A program made the position numbers and the translations under genes. Positions 1-10,565 of a DNA stretch of 64,000 nt are shown here, one piece after another (position 1 is the stretch's first letter; every line of letters begins with the position of its first letter). The stretch spans positions 705 to 64,704 of the forward strand of contig CACODU010000001.1 in NCBI GenBank assembly GCA_902626045.1, written 5' to 3'. This DNA is from an uncultured Pelagibacteraceae bacterium. Lineage in GTDB: Bacteria; Pseudomonadota; Alphaproteobacteria; Pelagibacterales; Pelagibacteraceae. The notes beneath the pieces are model-generated. The model had not been told where the DNA came from. It was given only the letters and a program-made list of their open reading frames with translations, and did no database searches.

Positions 1-1094
1 TCTTCAAAAACTTCTTTGTATGATTCATAACTTTGCTTCATAAAATCTGCAGCGTCTCCGTATTCTTTTGCCGAATATTTTAATCCTCTGGCGATAGCTT
101 CTCTCATTTCTTTTGATAGTTTTGTTTTATCTTTTTTATAATAAACTTGAAAATTATTTGCCATATCAACTTCATGAATTATTTGATGGTACTTTGGAAT
201 ATCATTAAAATATGATGGTGTGTCAAAGACCTCTATATTCTTTTTAAAATTTTTTATTAAAAATTCAAAAGCCTGCTGCGATTTTTTATTAATATTTTTC
301 CAATTTTTTGTTTTATAAAAAATAAATTTAGGATCAAAAACAGGACCTTTCTCACATTCCTCCACCATCTTTTCTGCAGCAAAGTAGACAGTTGAAGGAT
401 CATGTAAATCTTTTCTAATTAATGACTTAGCAAGCAAGGCAACATCTTTAACAGTTTTACCAAATACACCCATTGTATCTAATTTATCTGAAACTTTTAG
501 AACTCCATTTCTTGAGATTAGTCCATAAGAAGGTTTATAACCAACAACTCCACAATATGATGCTGGCCTAATTACTGAACCTCCAGTTTGAGAACCAACA
601 GATAAAGGCACCATATGAGCTGAAACTGCTGCTGCTGATCCACTTGATGATCCTCCGGGTGTTCTTGAGTAATCGTGTGGATTTTTAGTTTTAGAAGGAT
701 GTATGTATGCAAGTTCGCAAGTGACAGTCTTGCCCATTATAATTGCTCCCGAATTTTTTAGTAAATTTACAATTTCAGAGTCTTGCGAGTTGGACATTTT
801 TTTTCTAAAAACTGTCCCACATTCAGTTGGCATGTCATAAGTTCCAATAATATCTTTAATTGCGACTGGCATCCCATGTAGTGGCCCTAGAGGTTTTCCT
901 GATTTTCTGTAAGTATCTGCTTCTTCAGCTTTTTCTATTAAAAGTTTTTTATCTATAAATTGCCAAGCTTGAACATCCTTTTCAAATTTTTTTACTCTAT
1001 CTAGATATGCTGTGCAGAGATCGACAGATGATATTTCACCAGAATGAAGTTTTTGAGATAATTCGTAAGCACTTAAAGATGTAACGTCTATCAT
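1..1094 (-). CDS. Amidase-signature family protein (GatA-like amidase), 3' end runs off the window
   Basis: Hand translation from ATG at 1094: MIDVTSLSAYELSQKLHSGEISSVDL...GPLHGMPVAIKD...GKT...TPGGSSSGSAAAV...GSQTGGSVIRPASYCG. Contains the amidase signature and Ser-cisSer-Lys motifs. Not in the ORF track because it is truncated. Confidence 0.9.
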   Translation of the reverse strand, partial: MIDVTSLSAYELSQKLHSGEISSVDLCTAYLDRVKKFEKDVQAWQFIDKKLLIEKAEEADTYRKSGKPLGPLHGMPVAIKDIIGTYDMPTECGTVFRKKMSNSQDSEIVNLLKNSGAIIMGKTVTCELAYIHPSKTKNPHDYSRTPGGSSSGSAAAVSAHMVPLSVGSQTGGSVIRPASYCGVVGYKPSYGLISRNGVLKVSDKLDTMGVFGKTVKDVALLAKSLIRKDLHDPSTVYFAAEKMVEECEKGPVFDPKFIFYKTKNWKNINKKSQQAFEFLIKNFKKNIEVFDTPSYFNDIPKYHQIIHEVDMANNFQVYYKKDKTKLSKEMREAIARGLKYSAKEYGDAADFMKQSYESYKEVFE

Positions 1095-1103
1095 TTAAAT
1101 TCG

Positions 1104-2465
1104 TTAATTAGCAAATAATGTATCTGGCAACCATAGAGCTATTCCCGGGAAGAGATACATTAAAAACATAGCTAATATAACTATACCTAGAAAAGGCATA
1201 ATACCTTTAAATATTTCCATTAACTCCACATTTTTAGTTTGCACACCTTTTAAATAGTATGCGGACATGGCCATGGGTGGAGTTAAAAATGAGGTTTGTA
1301 AATTTAATGCAATTAACATTGCAAAGAAGTAAGGGTTAACACCAAAAAATTCCACTAAAGGTAAAAATATCGGTACAAAAATGATTAATATCTCTGTCCA
1401 CTCTAATGGCCAACCCAGTAAGAAAATTATAATTTGAGTAATTACCAAGAACTGCCAAGGCTGTAGGTTCATTGATTTAAAGAAATGCTCAAATACTTCG
1501 TGTCCGCCTAAATAAGAGAAAACTGATGCAAAAGTCCATGAACCAATAAACAACCACATAATCATGGCTGTCGTTTTTGCAGTTAAAAATACCGACTCTT
1601 TAAAATTTTTCCACTTAAGCGTTTTATAAAAATATGAAAGTACTAATGCACCAAATGCACCAACAGCTGCCGCTTCTGCTGGGGTTGCTAGTCCTCCTAA
1701 AATAGTTCCTAATACTAAAATTATTAAAGAGAAAAGCGGTAAGAAAGAAACCATTACCTCTTTTAGAATTACTGATCTTGGTGGAATATCTTCCTTAGGT
1801 GGTTTAGGTGCGATCGAAGGATTAAAATAAGCTAAAGTTACCGCATAACCTATATATAATCCTGCTAATAATAATCCTGGAAAAATTGCTGCAGCAAATA
1901 ATCTTAAAGGAGAGAGTTGAGCAATTACAGAATAAACGATTAACATAATGCTAGGCGGAATTAAAATACCCAAACAACCCCCAGAGCAAATTACTCCAGA
2001 TGCAAACTTTTTATCATATCCTGCTCTTATCATAGCAGGCCAAGCAAGAAGCCCCATTAAAGTTACCACAGCTCCAATAATTCCAGTCGCTGTAGAAAAT
2101 AAAGCGCAAGTAACTAATGCAGCTACTGCCATTGAAGCTGGTAGTCTATGAGAAGCTAGTCTAATTGCAAAAAATAATCTTGAAACTATCCCAGCTCTTT
2201 CAACTAAATAACCCATAAATAAAAAGAGCGGGACCGCAGTCAAAACTGTATTATCCATAACGGTGTAAGTATTTTGAACGAATAATTGGAAGATTCTGTT
2301 ATCAAAAAGATGTTCCATTCTTGATGGATCAAAGTAAGCGTAATAACCAAATCCAACTCCCATTGCCATTAATGTAAATGCTATTGGGAATCCAAGTAGC
2401 ACTGCAAATAGGAATATTCCCATCATTAGAATTGCAATTTCGGGATTTGTTAAACTAAATAACAT
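1104..2465 (-). CDS. dctM: TRAP transporter large permease subunit (DctM)
   Basis: 453 aa, highly hydrophobic, with GILIPPSI and LQTSFLTPP motifs. Confidence 0.93.
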   Translation of the reverse strand: MLFSLTNPEIAILMMGIFLFAVLLGFPIAFTLMAMGVGFGYYAYFDPSRMEHLFDNRIFQLFVQNTYTVMDNTVLTAVPLFLFMGYLVERAGIVSRLFFAIRLASHRLPASMAVAALVTCALFSTATGIIGAVVTLMGLLAWPAMIRAGYDKKFASGVICSGGCLGILIPPSIMLIVYSVIAQLSPLRLFAAAIFPGLLLAGLYIGYAVTLAYFNPSIAPKPPKEDIPPRSVILKEVMVSFLPLFSLIILVLGTILGGLATPAEAAAVGAFGALVLSYFYKTLKWKNFKESVFLTAKTTAMIMWLFIGSWTFASVFSYLGGHEVFEHFFKSMNLQPWQFLVITQIIIFLLGWPLEWTEILIIFVPIFLPLVEFFGVNPYFFAMLIALNLQTSFLTPPMAMSAYYLKGVQTKNVELMEIFKGIMPFLGIVILAMFLMYLFPGIALWLPDTLFAN

Positions 2466-3039
2466 CTTTTTGATCCTCGTCTTGCGAAGTTCTCATTAAC
2501 ATTTTTTCTGTCTCTTCTGCTACAACCATTCGAGCAGGCCAATGACCAGTTTGAATACAAATAATTGCTCTACAAACTTCGCTAATACCTTGAATAACTA
2601 ATAAAATTCCTGCAGCAGGAATTAAAGATTTAGCCATGTAAATTTGAATTTGTGCAGGACTATTCCAACTTGTTTCTTTAATCTTCCAAGCTAATGACGC
2701 ATATTCATAACCATAAAAAGAGAGAGCAAGCACACCTGGAAAGAAAAATATAAAGTATAAAACTAAATCGATATAACCCTGAGTTCTTGGTTTAAAAAGT
2801 CTGTAAATTACATCACCTCTCACATGGGCCTCGGTAGAAAGAGTATAAGCACCTGCCATCATAAAAATCGCACCGTACATTTGTAAACTGAAATCAAAAT
2901 TCCATAAGGTAGGGGCATTGAAGGCATATGCCATAACTACCTCGTAGCAAGTTCCGCCCATTAAAATTACGATGCACCATGAAAAAGCCTTACCTACGGA
3001 AGTGCTTAAAGTATCTGCAAAATGAATAAATCCCCTCAT
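2455..3039 (-). CDS. dctQ: TRAP transporter small permease subunit (DctQ)
   Basis: 4 TM segments, AGAYTL..EAHVRGD motif, lies between dctP and dctM. Confidence 0.92.
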   Translation of the reverse strand: MRGFIHFADTLSTSVGKAFSWCIVILMGGTCYEVVMAYAFNAPTLWNFDFSLQMYGAIFMMAGAYTLSTEAHVRGDVIYRLFKPRTQGYIDLVLYFIFFFPGVLALSFYGYEYASLAWKIKETSWNSPAQIQIYMAKSLIPAAGILLVIQGISEVCRAIICIQTGHWPARMVVAEETEKMLMRTSQDEDQKDVI

Positions 3040-3077
3040 GATTTTTTAAACTATGCTAATTTTTTTGTTATTTCCAT

Positions 3078-3108
3078 AAAAAAAGGGGGTGAAAAATCAC
3101 CCCCTTTT
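3078..3108 (-). terminator. Intrinsic terminator/stabilising hairpin downstream of dctP
   Basis: AAAAGGGGGTGA-AAAA-TCACCCCCTTTT inverted repeat with U-tract on the minus strand, between dctP and dctQ. Confidence 0.85.
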
Positions 3109-3125
3109 AAACGTTTAAAATATAA

Positions 3126-4274
3126 TTAAATTTTAACTTTGCCTATAGAGCCGAATTCATTCTCATAAGCCAATTTATAATTAGGCTGGTTCATGAGTAA
3201 GTACTTCATAACTCTCTTAGCGTATTTCTTCTGTGAGTCTACAATCTTTTTAAAGAATGGATCTTTCTTATTGAAATCTCCGATTACTTTATCCCAACCT
3301 TTTAACTGTTGAGCTAAGATCGCATCAGATGTTTGATACACATTTACTTTGTGCTGGTTCATCAATTTAGATAAGTCAGCAGAGTATCTTACTAATGCTT
3401 TAAAGTAGTTATCACTGTTCGCAGCATAAGCAGCATTTTTTAGAATAGCCTGATGCTTAGGCGATAATCCATTAAATGTCTTCTTATTTACTGGGATTTC
3501 AAACATCTCTTGTGATTGGTGGAAGCTTCCTAAGTGATAATGCTTAGAAACGTCTTGCATACCAAACTGAGAGTCTGATGTTGGGTTGTTAAACTCAGCA
3601 GCTTCAATCAAACCTGTCTTCATCGCAGGCTGAATTTCACCTCCTGGTAATTGTCTTACAACCATTCCCATTGCTGTTAATACGTTAGTAGCTAAACCTA
3701 CTGTTCTGTACTTCATACCTTTTACATCAGATACTTTAGTTACGTTCTTTTTGAACCAACCAAAAGGCTGTGCAGGCATAGGCATATGGAAGAAACCAAT
3801 ATAATCGAAACCTACTTTTGCAAGAGTTTCATCATAAAGTTTTCTACCTCCACCATACTCTATCCATCCCATAATTTCTTGAGATGACATACCGTATGAC
3901 GGACCAGTACCGAATAGAGAAGCTGCTGGATTTTTTCCATACCAGTAAGCTGTTACCCAGTGTCCCATATCAAGTACACCTGAACTTACTGCTTGTCCAA
4001 TTTCCGAAGTCTTAACTACAGCTCCAACTGGCTGAAGATCAATTTTTAATTCACCTCCAGACATGTCGCTTACCATTTTTGCGTAGTCGCCAGCCATTTC
4101 GAAGAAAATGTTAGCGCCTGACGGCCAAGCCGCTTGCATCTTTAAAGTTTGAGGAGCACCTAAAGCAATGTTTGGCATTGCAACAGTTGCTGCCGCTGCA
4201 GCACCCGTAGCTGCTGCTACTTTAAAGAACTTACGTCTTGATGGAGTTTTTACTCCTTTTATTTTTTTTGACAT
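3126..4274 (-). CDS. dctP: TRAP substrate-binding protein, TakP/SmoM (keto/hydroxy-acid) subfamily, Tat-exported
   Basis: Twin-arginine signal SRRKFF, KMQAAWP, YWYGK, GWFKK, AAEFNNP motifs; GGAGG SD upstream. Confidence 0.92.
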   Translation of the reverse strand: MSKKIKGVKTPSRRKFFKVAAATGAAAAATVAMPNIALGAPQTLKMQAAWPSGANIFFEMAGDYAKMVSDMSGGELKIDLQPVGAVVKTSEIGQAVSSGVLDMGHWVTAYWYGKNPAASLFGTGPSYGMSSQEIMGWIEYGGGRKLYDETLAKVGFDYIGFFHMPMPAQPFGWFKKNVTKVSDVKGMKYRTVGLATNVLTAMGMVVRQLPGGEIQPAMKTGLIEAAEFNNPTSDSQFGMQDVSKHYHLGSFHQSQEMFEIPVNKKTFNGLSPKHQAILKNAAYAANSDNYFKALVRYSADLSKLMNQHKVNVYQTSDAILAQQLKGWDKVIGDFNKKDPFFKKIVDSQKKYAKRVMKYLLMNQPNYKLAYENEFGSIGKVKI

Positions 4275-4377
4275 ATGTCCTCCGTTAATTAATTAACTAA
4301 AATATTTAAGCATAAACTCAAATCAGAGTCTCGATATTTTTAGAATTATTTAGTTACAGATTCAATCTACAGGTGTA

Positions 4378-5334
4378 CTAATTCACTTGATCTTGAGGTT
4401 TTTTGCCAGAAAAAAAATCTTCCAAATTTTTTGTTGCTCGGTATGCCATATCCCATCTTGTTCTTTTAGTCGCACTACCTAAGTGGGGAAGTAAAAAAAT
4501 ATTTTTTAATTTTAAATATTCTGGATGAATTTTTGGTTCACCATTGTAAACGTCTAATCCATATGCAAATACCCTACCATTTTTTATTGCTTCTACCATG
4601 GCGTCATCATCAACGATATCTCCTCTAGCTGCATTTCCAATAACAGTATTTTCTTTTAAATAACCTAATGTTTCTTTGTTTATTAAGTTTTTTGTTTCTG
4701 GAGTAGCAGGACAATTAATCGATAAAAATTCACTTTTTTCAAACAAACTTTTTATATCTTTGTGATAAATCGCACCATCCTCTAAATCTGAGGAGAGTTT
4801 AGATCTATTATGATAGTGAATTTCCATACCAAAAGCCTTTGCCCTTTTAGCAACCGCTCTTCCAATTCTGCCCATTCCAAGAATTCCTAATCTCTTATTT
4901 GACATTTGTTTTCCTAATAAAAAATCAAAAGACCATTTCCAGTTTTGAGTTTCGGCTGCAATACGACCCTCATAAGCTCTCCTGGATGCTCCTAATAAAA
5001 GTAATATTTGGATGTCAGCTGTGGCGTCAGTCAAAACATCAGGAGTATTTGTAACTGTAATCCCTTTTGCCTTAGCAGCTTGAATATCTATATTTCCAAA
5101 GCCAACCGCACCGTTAGCGATAATTTTAATGGAGCTTGACAATTTAGATATAGTATCAGCATTAATTGGATCAGTAACTGAACTTAAAATTCCATCATAA
5201 TTTTTGGATCCATCAATAATTTCTTGAGGCGTATAAATTTTGTCATCTTTATTTAAAATCACTTCAAATAAGCTTTGAAGCTTCTCCTCGTTTTCTTTAA
5301 GGAGCCTTCTAGTAACAAAAATTTTTTTTTTCAT
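4378..5334 (-). CDS. gyaR: D-2-hydroxyacid dehydrogenase (glyoxylate/hydroxypyruvate reductase)
   Basis: TNTPDVLTDATAD, GILGMGRIG, N.ARG, LDVY..EP, PHLGSAT. Confidence 0.88.
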   Translation of the reverse strand: MKKKIFVTRRLLKENEEKLQSLFEVILNKDDKIYTPQEIIDGSKNYDGILSSVTDPINADTISKLSSSIKIIANGAVGFGNIDIQAAKAKGITVTNTPDVLTDATADIQILLLLGASRRAYEGRIAAETQNWKWSFDFLLGKQMSNKRLGILGMGRIGRAVAKRAKAFGMEIHYHNRSKLSSDLEDGAIYHKDIKSLFEKSEFLSINCPATPETKNLINKETLGYLKENTVIGNAARGDIVDDDAMVEAIKNGRVFAYGLDVYNGEPKIHPEYLKLKNIFLLPHLGSATKRTRWDMAYRATKNLEDFFSGKKPQDQVN

Positions 5335-5335
5335 T

Positions 5336-6634
5336 TTAGAAATTATTTAATTTATATGGTTTCGGTCCTCCTGTGAACCAATCGAGTAATTCAACTGTAT
5401 GAATAATAGGAATTCTAGTTCCAGATGAAATTTGTGTCATGCAGCCTATATTGCCTGTTGAAATAAAATCAGGAGAAATTTTTTCAATATTTTTGACTTT
5501 ATTTTTTAATAACGATTTTGCCATTTTTTGATGTAGAATATTGTATGTCCCAGCAGACCCGCAACACAAATGTCCTTCTGGTATTTCTAAAACCTCGTTA
5601 CCAGTTTTTGAAATTAAATCTTTAGGTTGTTGATGAACTTTTTGCCCGTGCTGCATCGAACAAGCTGAATGATAAGCAATTTTATATTTTTTCTCAGTGT
5701 TTATATTTATATTTAACTTTAAATTTTCATCAAGATACTCAGTGATGTCCTTTGTTAACTCAGAAATTTTTTTTGCCTTTTTTCTCAAATCTTTATCATT
5801 TTTAAAAATATGCCCGTAATCTTTTAAAGTTGTGCCACAGCCTGAGGTGTTGCTAATAATCGCATCCAAACCATTTTTAAGATATTCATCATGCCAACTA
5901 TTTATATTATTTTTAAAAGACTCGTGTGCTAATTTTTGTTTACCTAAATGATGATTTAAAGAACCGCAGCAATAGATATCTGGCATCACAACAACTTCAA
6001 CATTATGTCTATTTAAAAGTCTAATTGTCGACTCATTTATTTCAGGTGAGATTACTCTTTGAACACATCCAGTTAATAGTGCTACCCTTGAAATTTTTTT
6101 ACCTTTCGTAACTTCATAAACTTTTTTTTCTTTTAATTTCTTGGAAGGTATTTTGTCTGGCATTAAACTTAATGCATTTTTGAGAAATTTTGGAAATAAA
6201 AAACTAAAAGGTTTAATAATTTTAGAAGACAAAGCCATTAATAAAAATACTTTTGGTCTTGGTAATACAAACGAAAGTATATTTCTAAACAATCTATCAA
6301 AGAAAGGTCTTTTATAAGTTTCTTCAACATAATTTCTTCCATGATCGATGAGGTGCATATAGTTTACGCCTGATGGACAAGTCGTCATACAAGAATAACA
6401 TGATAAGCAGCTATCAATATGTTTTGCAATTTGTTTGGTAGCTGGTTTTTTATTCTCTAACATATCTTTTATTAGATATATTCTTCCTCTTGGACCTTCT
6501 AATTCTTCACCATTAATTCCGTAAGTTGGGCAAGTTGCATTACACATACCGCAGTGAACACATTTTCTTATAATTGTTTCACTGGTTTTGTTATCTTTGT
6601 CTTTCAATTGATTCTCTGTAAATGATGTCTGCAT
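5336..6634 (-). CDS. glcF: Glycolate oxidase Fe-S subunit
   Basis: CVHCGMCNATCP and CLSCYSCMTTCP ferredoxin motifs, two CCG domains. Confidence 0.93.
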   Translation of the reverse strand: MQTSFTENQLKDKDNKTSETIIRKCVHCGMCNATCPTYGINGEELEGPRGRIYLIKDMLENKKPATKQIAKHIDSCLSCYSCMTTCPSGVNYMHLIDHGRNYVEETYKRPFFDRLFRNILSFVLPRPKVFLLMALSSKIIKPFSFLFPKFLKNALSLMPDKIPSKKLKEKKVYEVTKGKKISRVALLTGCVQRVISPEINESTIRLLNRHNVEVVVMPDIYCCGSLNHHLGKQKLAHESFKNNINSWHDEYLKNGLDAIISNTSGCGTTLKDYGHIFKNDKDLRKKAKKISELTKDITEYLDENLKLNININTEKKYKIAYHSACSMQHGQKVHQQPKDLISKTGNEVLEIPEGHLCCGSAGTYNILHQKMAKSLLKNKVKNIEKISPDFISTGNIGCMTQISSGTRIPIIHTVELLDWFTGGPKPYKLNNF

Positions 6635-7888
6635 TTAAATTCCTGTATACATCTTACCCGGGTTAAAAATTCTTTTCGGGTCAAAACTTTTTTTTATTTT
6701 TTCACTGATTTTATACTTAATTGGATCTATTGTAAAAATATCGGCAGAGGCCTTAAAGTCATCCTCTATTTTGATTAATGTATAGTATCCGTGGTGATTC
6801 TTGGTTGTTTCCTTTATTTCTGAAAGGATTTTAGAATTTAAGTGGTCAAACGCCATCCAAATAAGACTGCCACCCCAGTCAATAAAATAATTTAAATCAT
6901 CTTTTTTAAGCTTTTGAATAACTTGTAACGTTTCACTTATAGGCACAACTACTCTTGTTAAATTACTTTTTGAATTTTTGAAAACCTCTAAGTTTTTTGT
7001 TTTATTCCAAAAAATTTCTGTTTGGACGCTATCTAAAACTGAGAACTCGTTATCAATAAGAGCTAATTCTTTTGAAAGTCTATTAATTCTTTGGTCAACT
7101 GAGTTCATAGGACCTTCTATTCTTATACCAGTCAAGCCTCCATCATGTGTAAGATCATTTAAAATGAAATTTTTTCCAAAATAATCAGGATAAAAAACGC
7201 CTCCAGAAGGATCGGTTGATGATGATAAAGATTGTCCTAAATAATCAAGTGCTTTTTTAACATGAGGATTTTTTATAATTAGTGTTTTACTTGTCTCAGG
7301 TTTTGGTAAAACTTTAATTGATATTTCTGTTAAAACTGTAAGTGTTCCAAAAGATCCAGATAATATCTTACACAAGTCGTAGCCGGTTACATTTTTTACA
7401 ACTGTTCCACCTGATTTTATCGTTTCACCTTTTCCATTAATTCCTTGAAAACCAAGAAGATGATCTCTAACACTTCCTACTTTAAATCTTCTTGATCCTG
7501 CAAAGTTACAAGCAACCACCCCTCCGATCGAACCGCTATTACTCTCTCCTGAAAATAAGTAACCAAAGTCAATAGGCTCAAACGCTAATTGTTGATTATT
7601 TTTTTTAAGTACTTCTTCAATTTCACTTATAGAAGTACCTGCTTTAACTTTAATATAAAGTTCCTCAGGTTTGTAATCTATTATCCCTTTATAATTTGAA
7701 AGATCTAAAGTTTTCTCAGCTTGAAAATTTCTACCAATTTTATTTTTTGATTGTAACCCGCTTATTTCTAAAGGAATACTTTTTTTGTAACAATTTTTTA
7801 CGATTTCTACAATTTCTTCTCTAGTAGATGGTTTAAAAATATTTTGGTTAAAATCTAGGGATGTCTGGAAATTTTGTTTTTCCTCCAT
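6635..7888 (-). CDS. glcE: Glycolate oxidase FAD-binding subunit
   Basis: IIDYKPEEL, GGTVVKNVTGYDL, FDP..IFNPGKM. Confidence 0.92.
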   Translation of the reverse strand: MEEKQNFQTSLDFNQNIFKPSTREEIVEIVKNCYKKSIPLEISGLQSKNKIGRNFQAEKTLDLSNYKGIIDYKPEELYIKVKAGTSISEIEEVLKKNNQQLAFEPIDFGYLFSGESNSGSIGGVVACNFAGSRRFKVGSVRDHLLGFQGINGKGETIKSGGTVVKNVTGYDLCKILSGSFGTLTVLTEISIKVLPKPETSKTLIIKNPHVKKALDYLGQSLSSSTDPSGGVFYPDYFGKNFILNDLTHDGGLTGIRIEGPMNSVDQRINRLSKELALIDNEFSVLDSVQTEIFWNKTKNLEVFKNSKSNLTRVVVPISETLQVIQKLKKDDLNYFIDWGGSLIWMAFDHLNSKILSEIKETTKNHHGYYTLIKIEDDFKASADIFTIDPIKYKISEKIKKSFDPKRIFNPGKMYTGI

Positions 7889-9344
7889 GGACGTGAACTC
7901 TCCCTTCCTCAGCGCATTTTCTAAGTATTGGATAAACTTTGCCTGGATTTAATAATGAATTTGGGTCTAAAGCTACTTTTATAGTGAGCTGTTGTTGAAT
8001 ATCTTTATCATTGAAAGCCTCACACATTAATTCTCTTTTCTCTATTCCTACTCCATGCTCACCTGTAAGAGCTCCACCAACTTTAACACAGTATTTTAAT
8101 ATATCTGCTCCAAAGTCTTCGCATTTCTTAAGCGAGTTCTTATCATTAGCATCAAACATAATTAATGGATGAAGATTTCCATCACCGGCGTGGAAAGCGT
8201 TAGCAACTGGTAAATCATATTTTTTTGATAGTCTTGTGATTTCTCTTAGTACTTCTGCAAGTTTACCTCTTGGTATTGAACCGTCCATGCACATATAATC
8301 GGGTGCTAAAACTCCACAAGCTGGAAAAGCTGCTTTTCTACCTGCCCAAAATTTTAATCTCTCTTCATTAGATTTGCTTACCTTCAAGCTAGAAGAATTA
8401 TTTTTTTCTGCAATTTGTTTTGCTTTTTCAATGTAAGCCTCTACCTCATGCTCAGTTCCATCAAACTCAACAATCATCATTGCTTCTGCATCCGTTGGAT
8501 ATCCCGCCTTAGAATAATCATTTGTAGCTTTTGTGAGAGCTTTGTCCATAATTTCCATTCCCGCAGGTATACATCCCTCAGCTATTATTTCTGCTACACA
8601 ATTTCCAGCATCTTCAATGGTTGGAAAGCCGATTAATGCAGCCTTCACAATTTCTGGTGACTTAAGAATTTTTACTGTAACTTCTGTTATAACTCCTAGT
8701 AAACCTTCTGATCCAGTCATCAAACCTAAAAAGTCGTAACCTTCTGAGTCCATTGCTTTACCACCGAATTTAGTTATTGTTCCATCCATAAGCACGACTT
8801 CGATACCCAAAAGATTATTTGTTGTAGCTCCATATTTTAAAGAATGCACGCCTCCAGAATTTTCAGCTACATTTCCACCTATAGAACATGCAATTTGACT
8901 TGAAGGATCTGGAGCATAGTAAAATCCTTTATCTTGAACAGCATGAGTGATTGCTAAATTTGTTACACATGGTTGTGTAACCACACATCTATTCTCGTAA
9001 TCAATTTCTAAAATTTTATTGAATTTTCCCATTGCCATAAGCACACAATCCTCTAAGGGCAGTGATCCGCCCGATAAGCCCGTTCCAGCTCCTCGTGGGA
9101 CAACTTTAACTTTATTATCATTACAATATTTTAATATGCTACTAACTTCCTTTACAGTTTCAGGCATAACTACGGCCATAGGCATTTGTCTGTAAGCGGT
9201 TAAGCCATCAGTTTCAAAAGGTCTTAATTCATCTGGGTGTGAAAGAACATTTTTTGGATTTATTATTCTTCCTATATCAGAAACGATTTTATCTTTTTTT
9301 GATAAAATTGAACCGTCGACTTTTGGCATTTGTAAACTACTCAT
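7848..9344 (-). CDS. glcD: Glycolate oxidase subunit GlcD
   Basis: PRGAGTGLSGG, YAPDPSSQIACSIGGN, HAGDGNLHP, GEHGVG. Confidence 0.95.
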   Translation of the reverse strand: MSSLQMPKVDGSILSKKDKIVSDIGRIINPKNVLSHPDELRPFETDGLTAYRQMPMAVVMPETVKEVSSILKYCNDNKVKVVPRGAGTGLSGGSLPLEDCVLMAMGKFNKILEIDYENRCVVTQPCVTNLAITHAVQDKGFYYAPDPSSQIACSIGGNVAENSGGVHSLKYGATTNNLLGIEVVLMDGTITKFGGKAMDSEGYDFLGLMTGSEGLLGVITEVTVKILKSPEIVKAALIGFPTIEDAGNCVAEIIAEGCIPAGMEIMDKALTKATNDYSKAGYPTDAEAMMIVEFDGTEHEVEAYIEKAKQIAEKNNSSSLKVSKSNEERLKFWAGRKAAFPACGVLAPDYMCMDGSIPRGKLAEVLREITRLSKKYDLPVANAFHAGDGNLHPLIMFDANDKNSLKKCEDFGADILKYCVKVGGALTGEHGVGIEKRELMCEAFNDKDIQQQLTIKVALDPNSLLNPGKVYPILRKCAEEGRVHVHGGKTKFPDIPRF

Positions 9345-9352
9345 AAGTTACC

Positions 9353-10516
9353 TTACTTAAGCATTTTTGATATTTTATCTAGTGCTTTTTGTATATTATC
9401 CTGAGAGGCTGCAAAGCTAAAACGTACAAAATCAACAGATGTCTTACCAAAAGCTGTTCCAGGAACAATTGCCACACCAGCCTCATGCATACATTTTTTT
9501 GAAAATTCAGATCCGCTCATTCCTGTTCCGCTTACATTTGGAAAAGCATAAAAAGCTCCTCCGGGCATACTACAAGTAACTCCCGGTAAATCGTTTAGAC
9601 CTTTGTGAATTAATTTTCTTCTTTGATCAAATTTTTCCATCATGTGATGTATAGAATCATCGGGTCCGTCAAGTGCTGCTATGCCAGCGAATTGTGAAGG
9701 CGCATTTACACAAGAAAAACTATTAATTGCTAATTTTGTGACATGTGGAATTAATTTTTCTGGCCACACGCTCCAACCCATTCTCCAACCTGTCATAGAA
9801 TAAGCTTTGCTCCATCCATCTAAGACAATTAATCTTTCTTGGAGATCTGGATAATTAAAAAATGTAGGCATTTCTTTACCATCAAAAATTTGTCTACTAT
9901 AAATTTCATCGCTTAAAATATAAACATGAGGATGTTTCTTTAACCCTTCAGCAAGAAAATCTATTGCGGACTTTTCCACAAAACTACCTGTTGGGTTATT
10001 TGGATTAATTATAATTACTAATCTCGTTTTGTCAGTAATTGAAGATAAAATTTTTTCTGGATCAAACTTTAAATCTTTTTCTTTTGTTAAATCATAGGGA
10101 ACAGCTTTGGCTCCAGTATAATTTATCATCGACTCGTAAATTGGGAATCCAGGTGTTGGATGAACTATTTCTGCACCAGGTTCTCCGATCATTTGAATTG
10201 CATAATACATTGTGGGTTTCCCTCCCGGCATAATCATAATTCTTTCCGGATCCACTTCTTTTTTATATAAACTTTTTATTTTTCTAGAAACAGCCTGTCT
10301 ACACTCTATAATGCCGTTCGCTAAAACATATCCATGGTGTCCATCATCGATTGCTTTTTTTGCGGCATCCATAATATGCTGGGGTGTTTTAAAATCAGGC
10401 TGACCCAAACCTAAATGGATCATTTCTTTTCCTTGGGCTTCAAGTTTTTTAGCCTCCGCTAAAACACTAAAAGCTGTTTCGGTTCCTAATCGTTCTAAAT
10501 TTTTTGCTAATTTCAT
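9353..10516 (-). CDS. PLP-dependent class I (aspartate-type) aminotransferase
   Basis: GQPDF, NPNNPTG, SDEIY, SKAYSMTGWRMG. Confidence 0.92.
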   Translation of the reverse strand: MKLAKNLERLGTETAFSVLAEAKKLEAQGKEMIHLGLGQPDFKTPQHIMDAAKKAIDDGHHGYVLANGIIECRQAVSRKIKSLYKKEVDPERIMIMPGGKPTMYYAIQMIGEPGAEIVHPTPGFPIYESMINYTGAKAVPYDLTKEKDLKFDPEKILSSITDKTRLVIIINPNNPTGSFVEKSAIDFLAEGLKKHPHVYILSDEIYSRQIFDGKEMPTFFNYPDLQERLIVLDGWSKAYSMTGWRMGWSVWPEKLIPHVTKLAINSFSCVNAPSQFAGIAALDGPDDSIHHMMEKFDQRRKLIHKGLNDLPGVTCSMPGGAFYAFPNVSGTGMSGSEFSKKCMHEAGVAIVPGTAFGKTSVDFVRFSFAASQDNIQKALDKISKMLK

Positions 10517-10565
10517 AGTGAATTTTTATAAAAATTTTTTTTAAATTTCAAACTCCTAAATTGCA

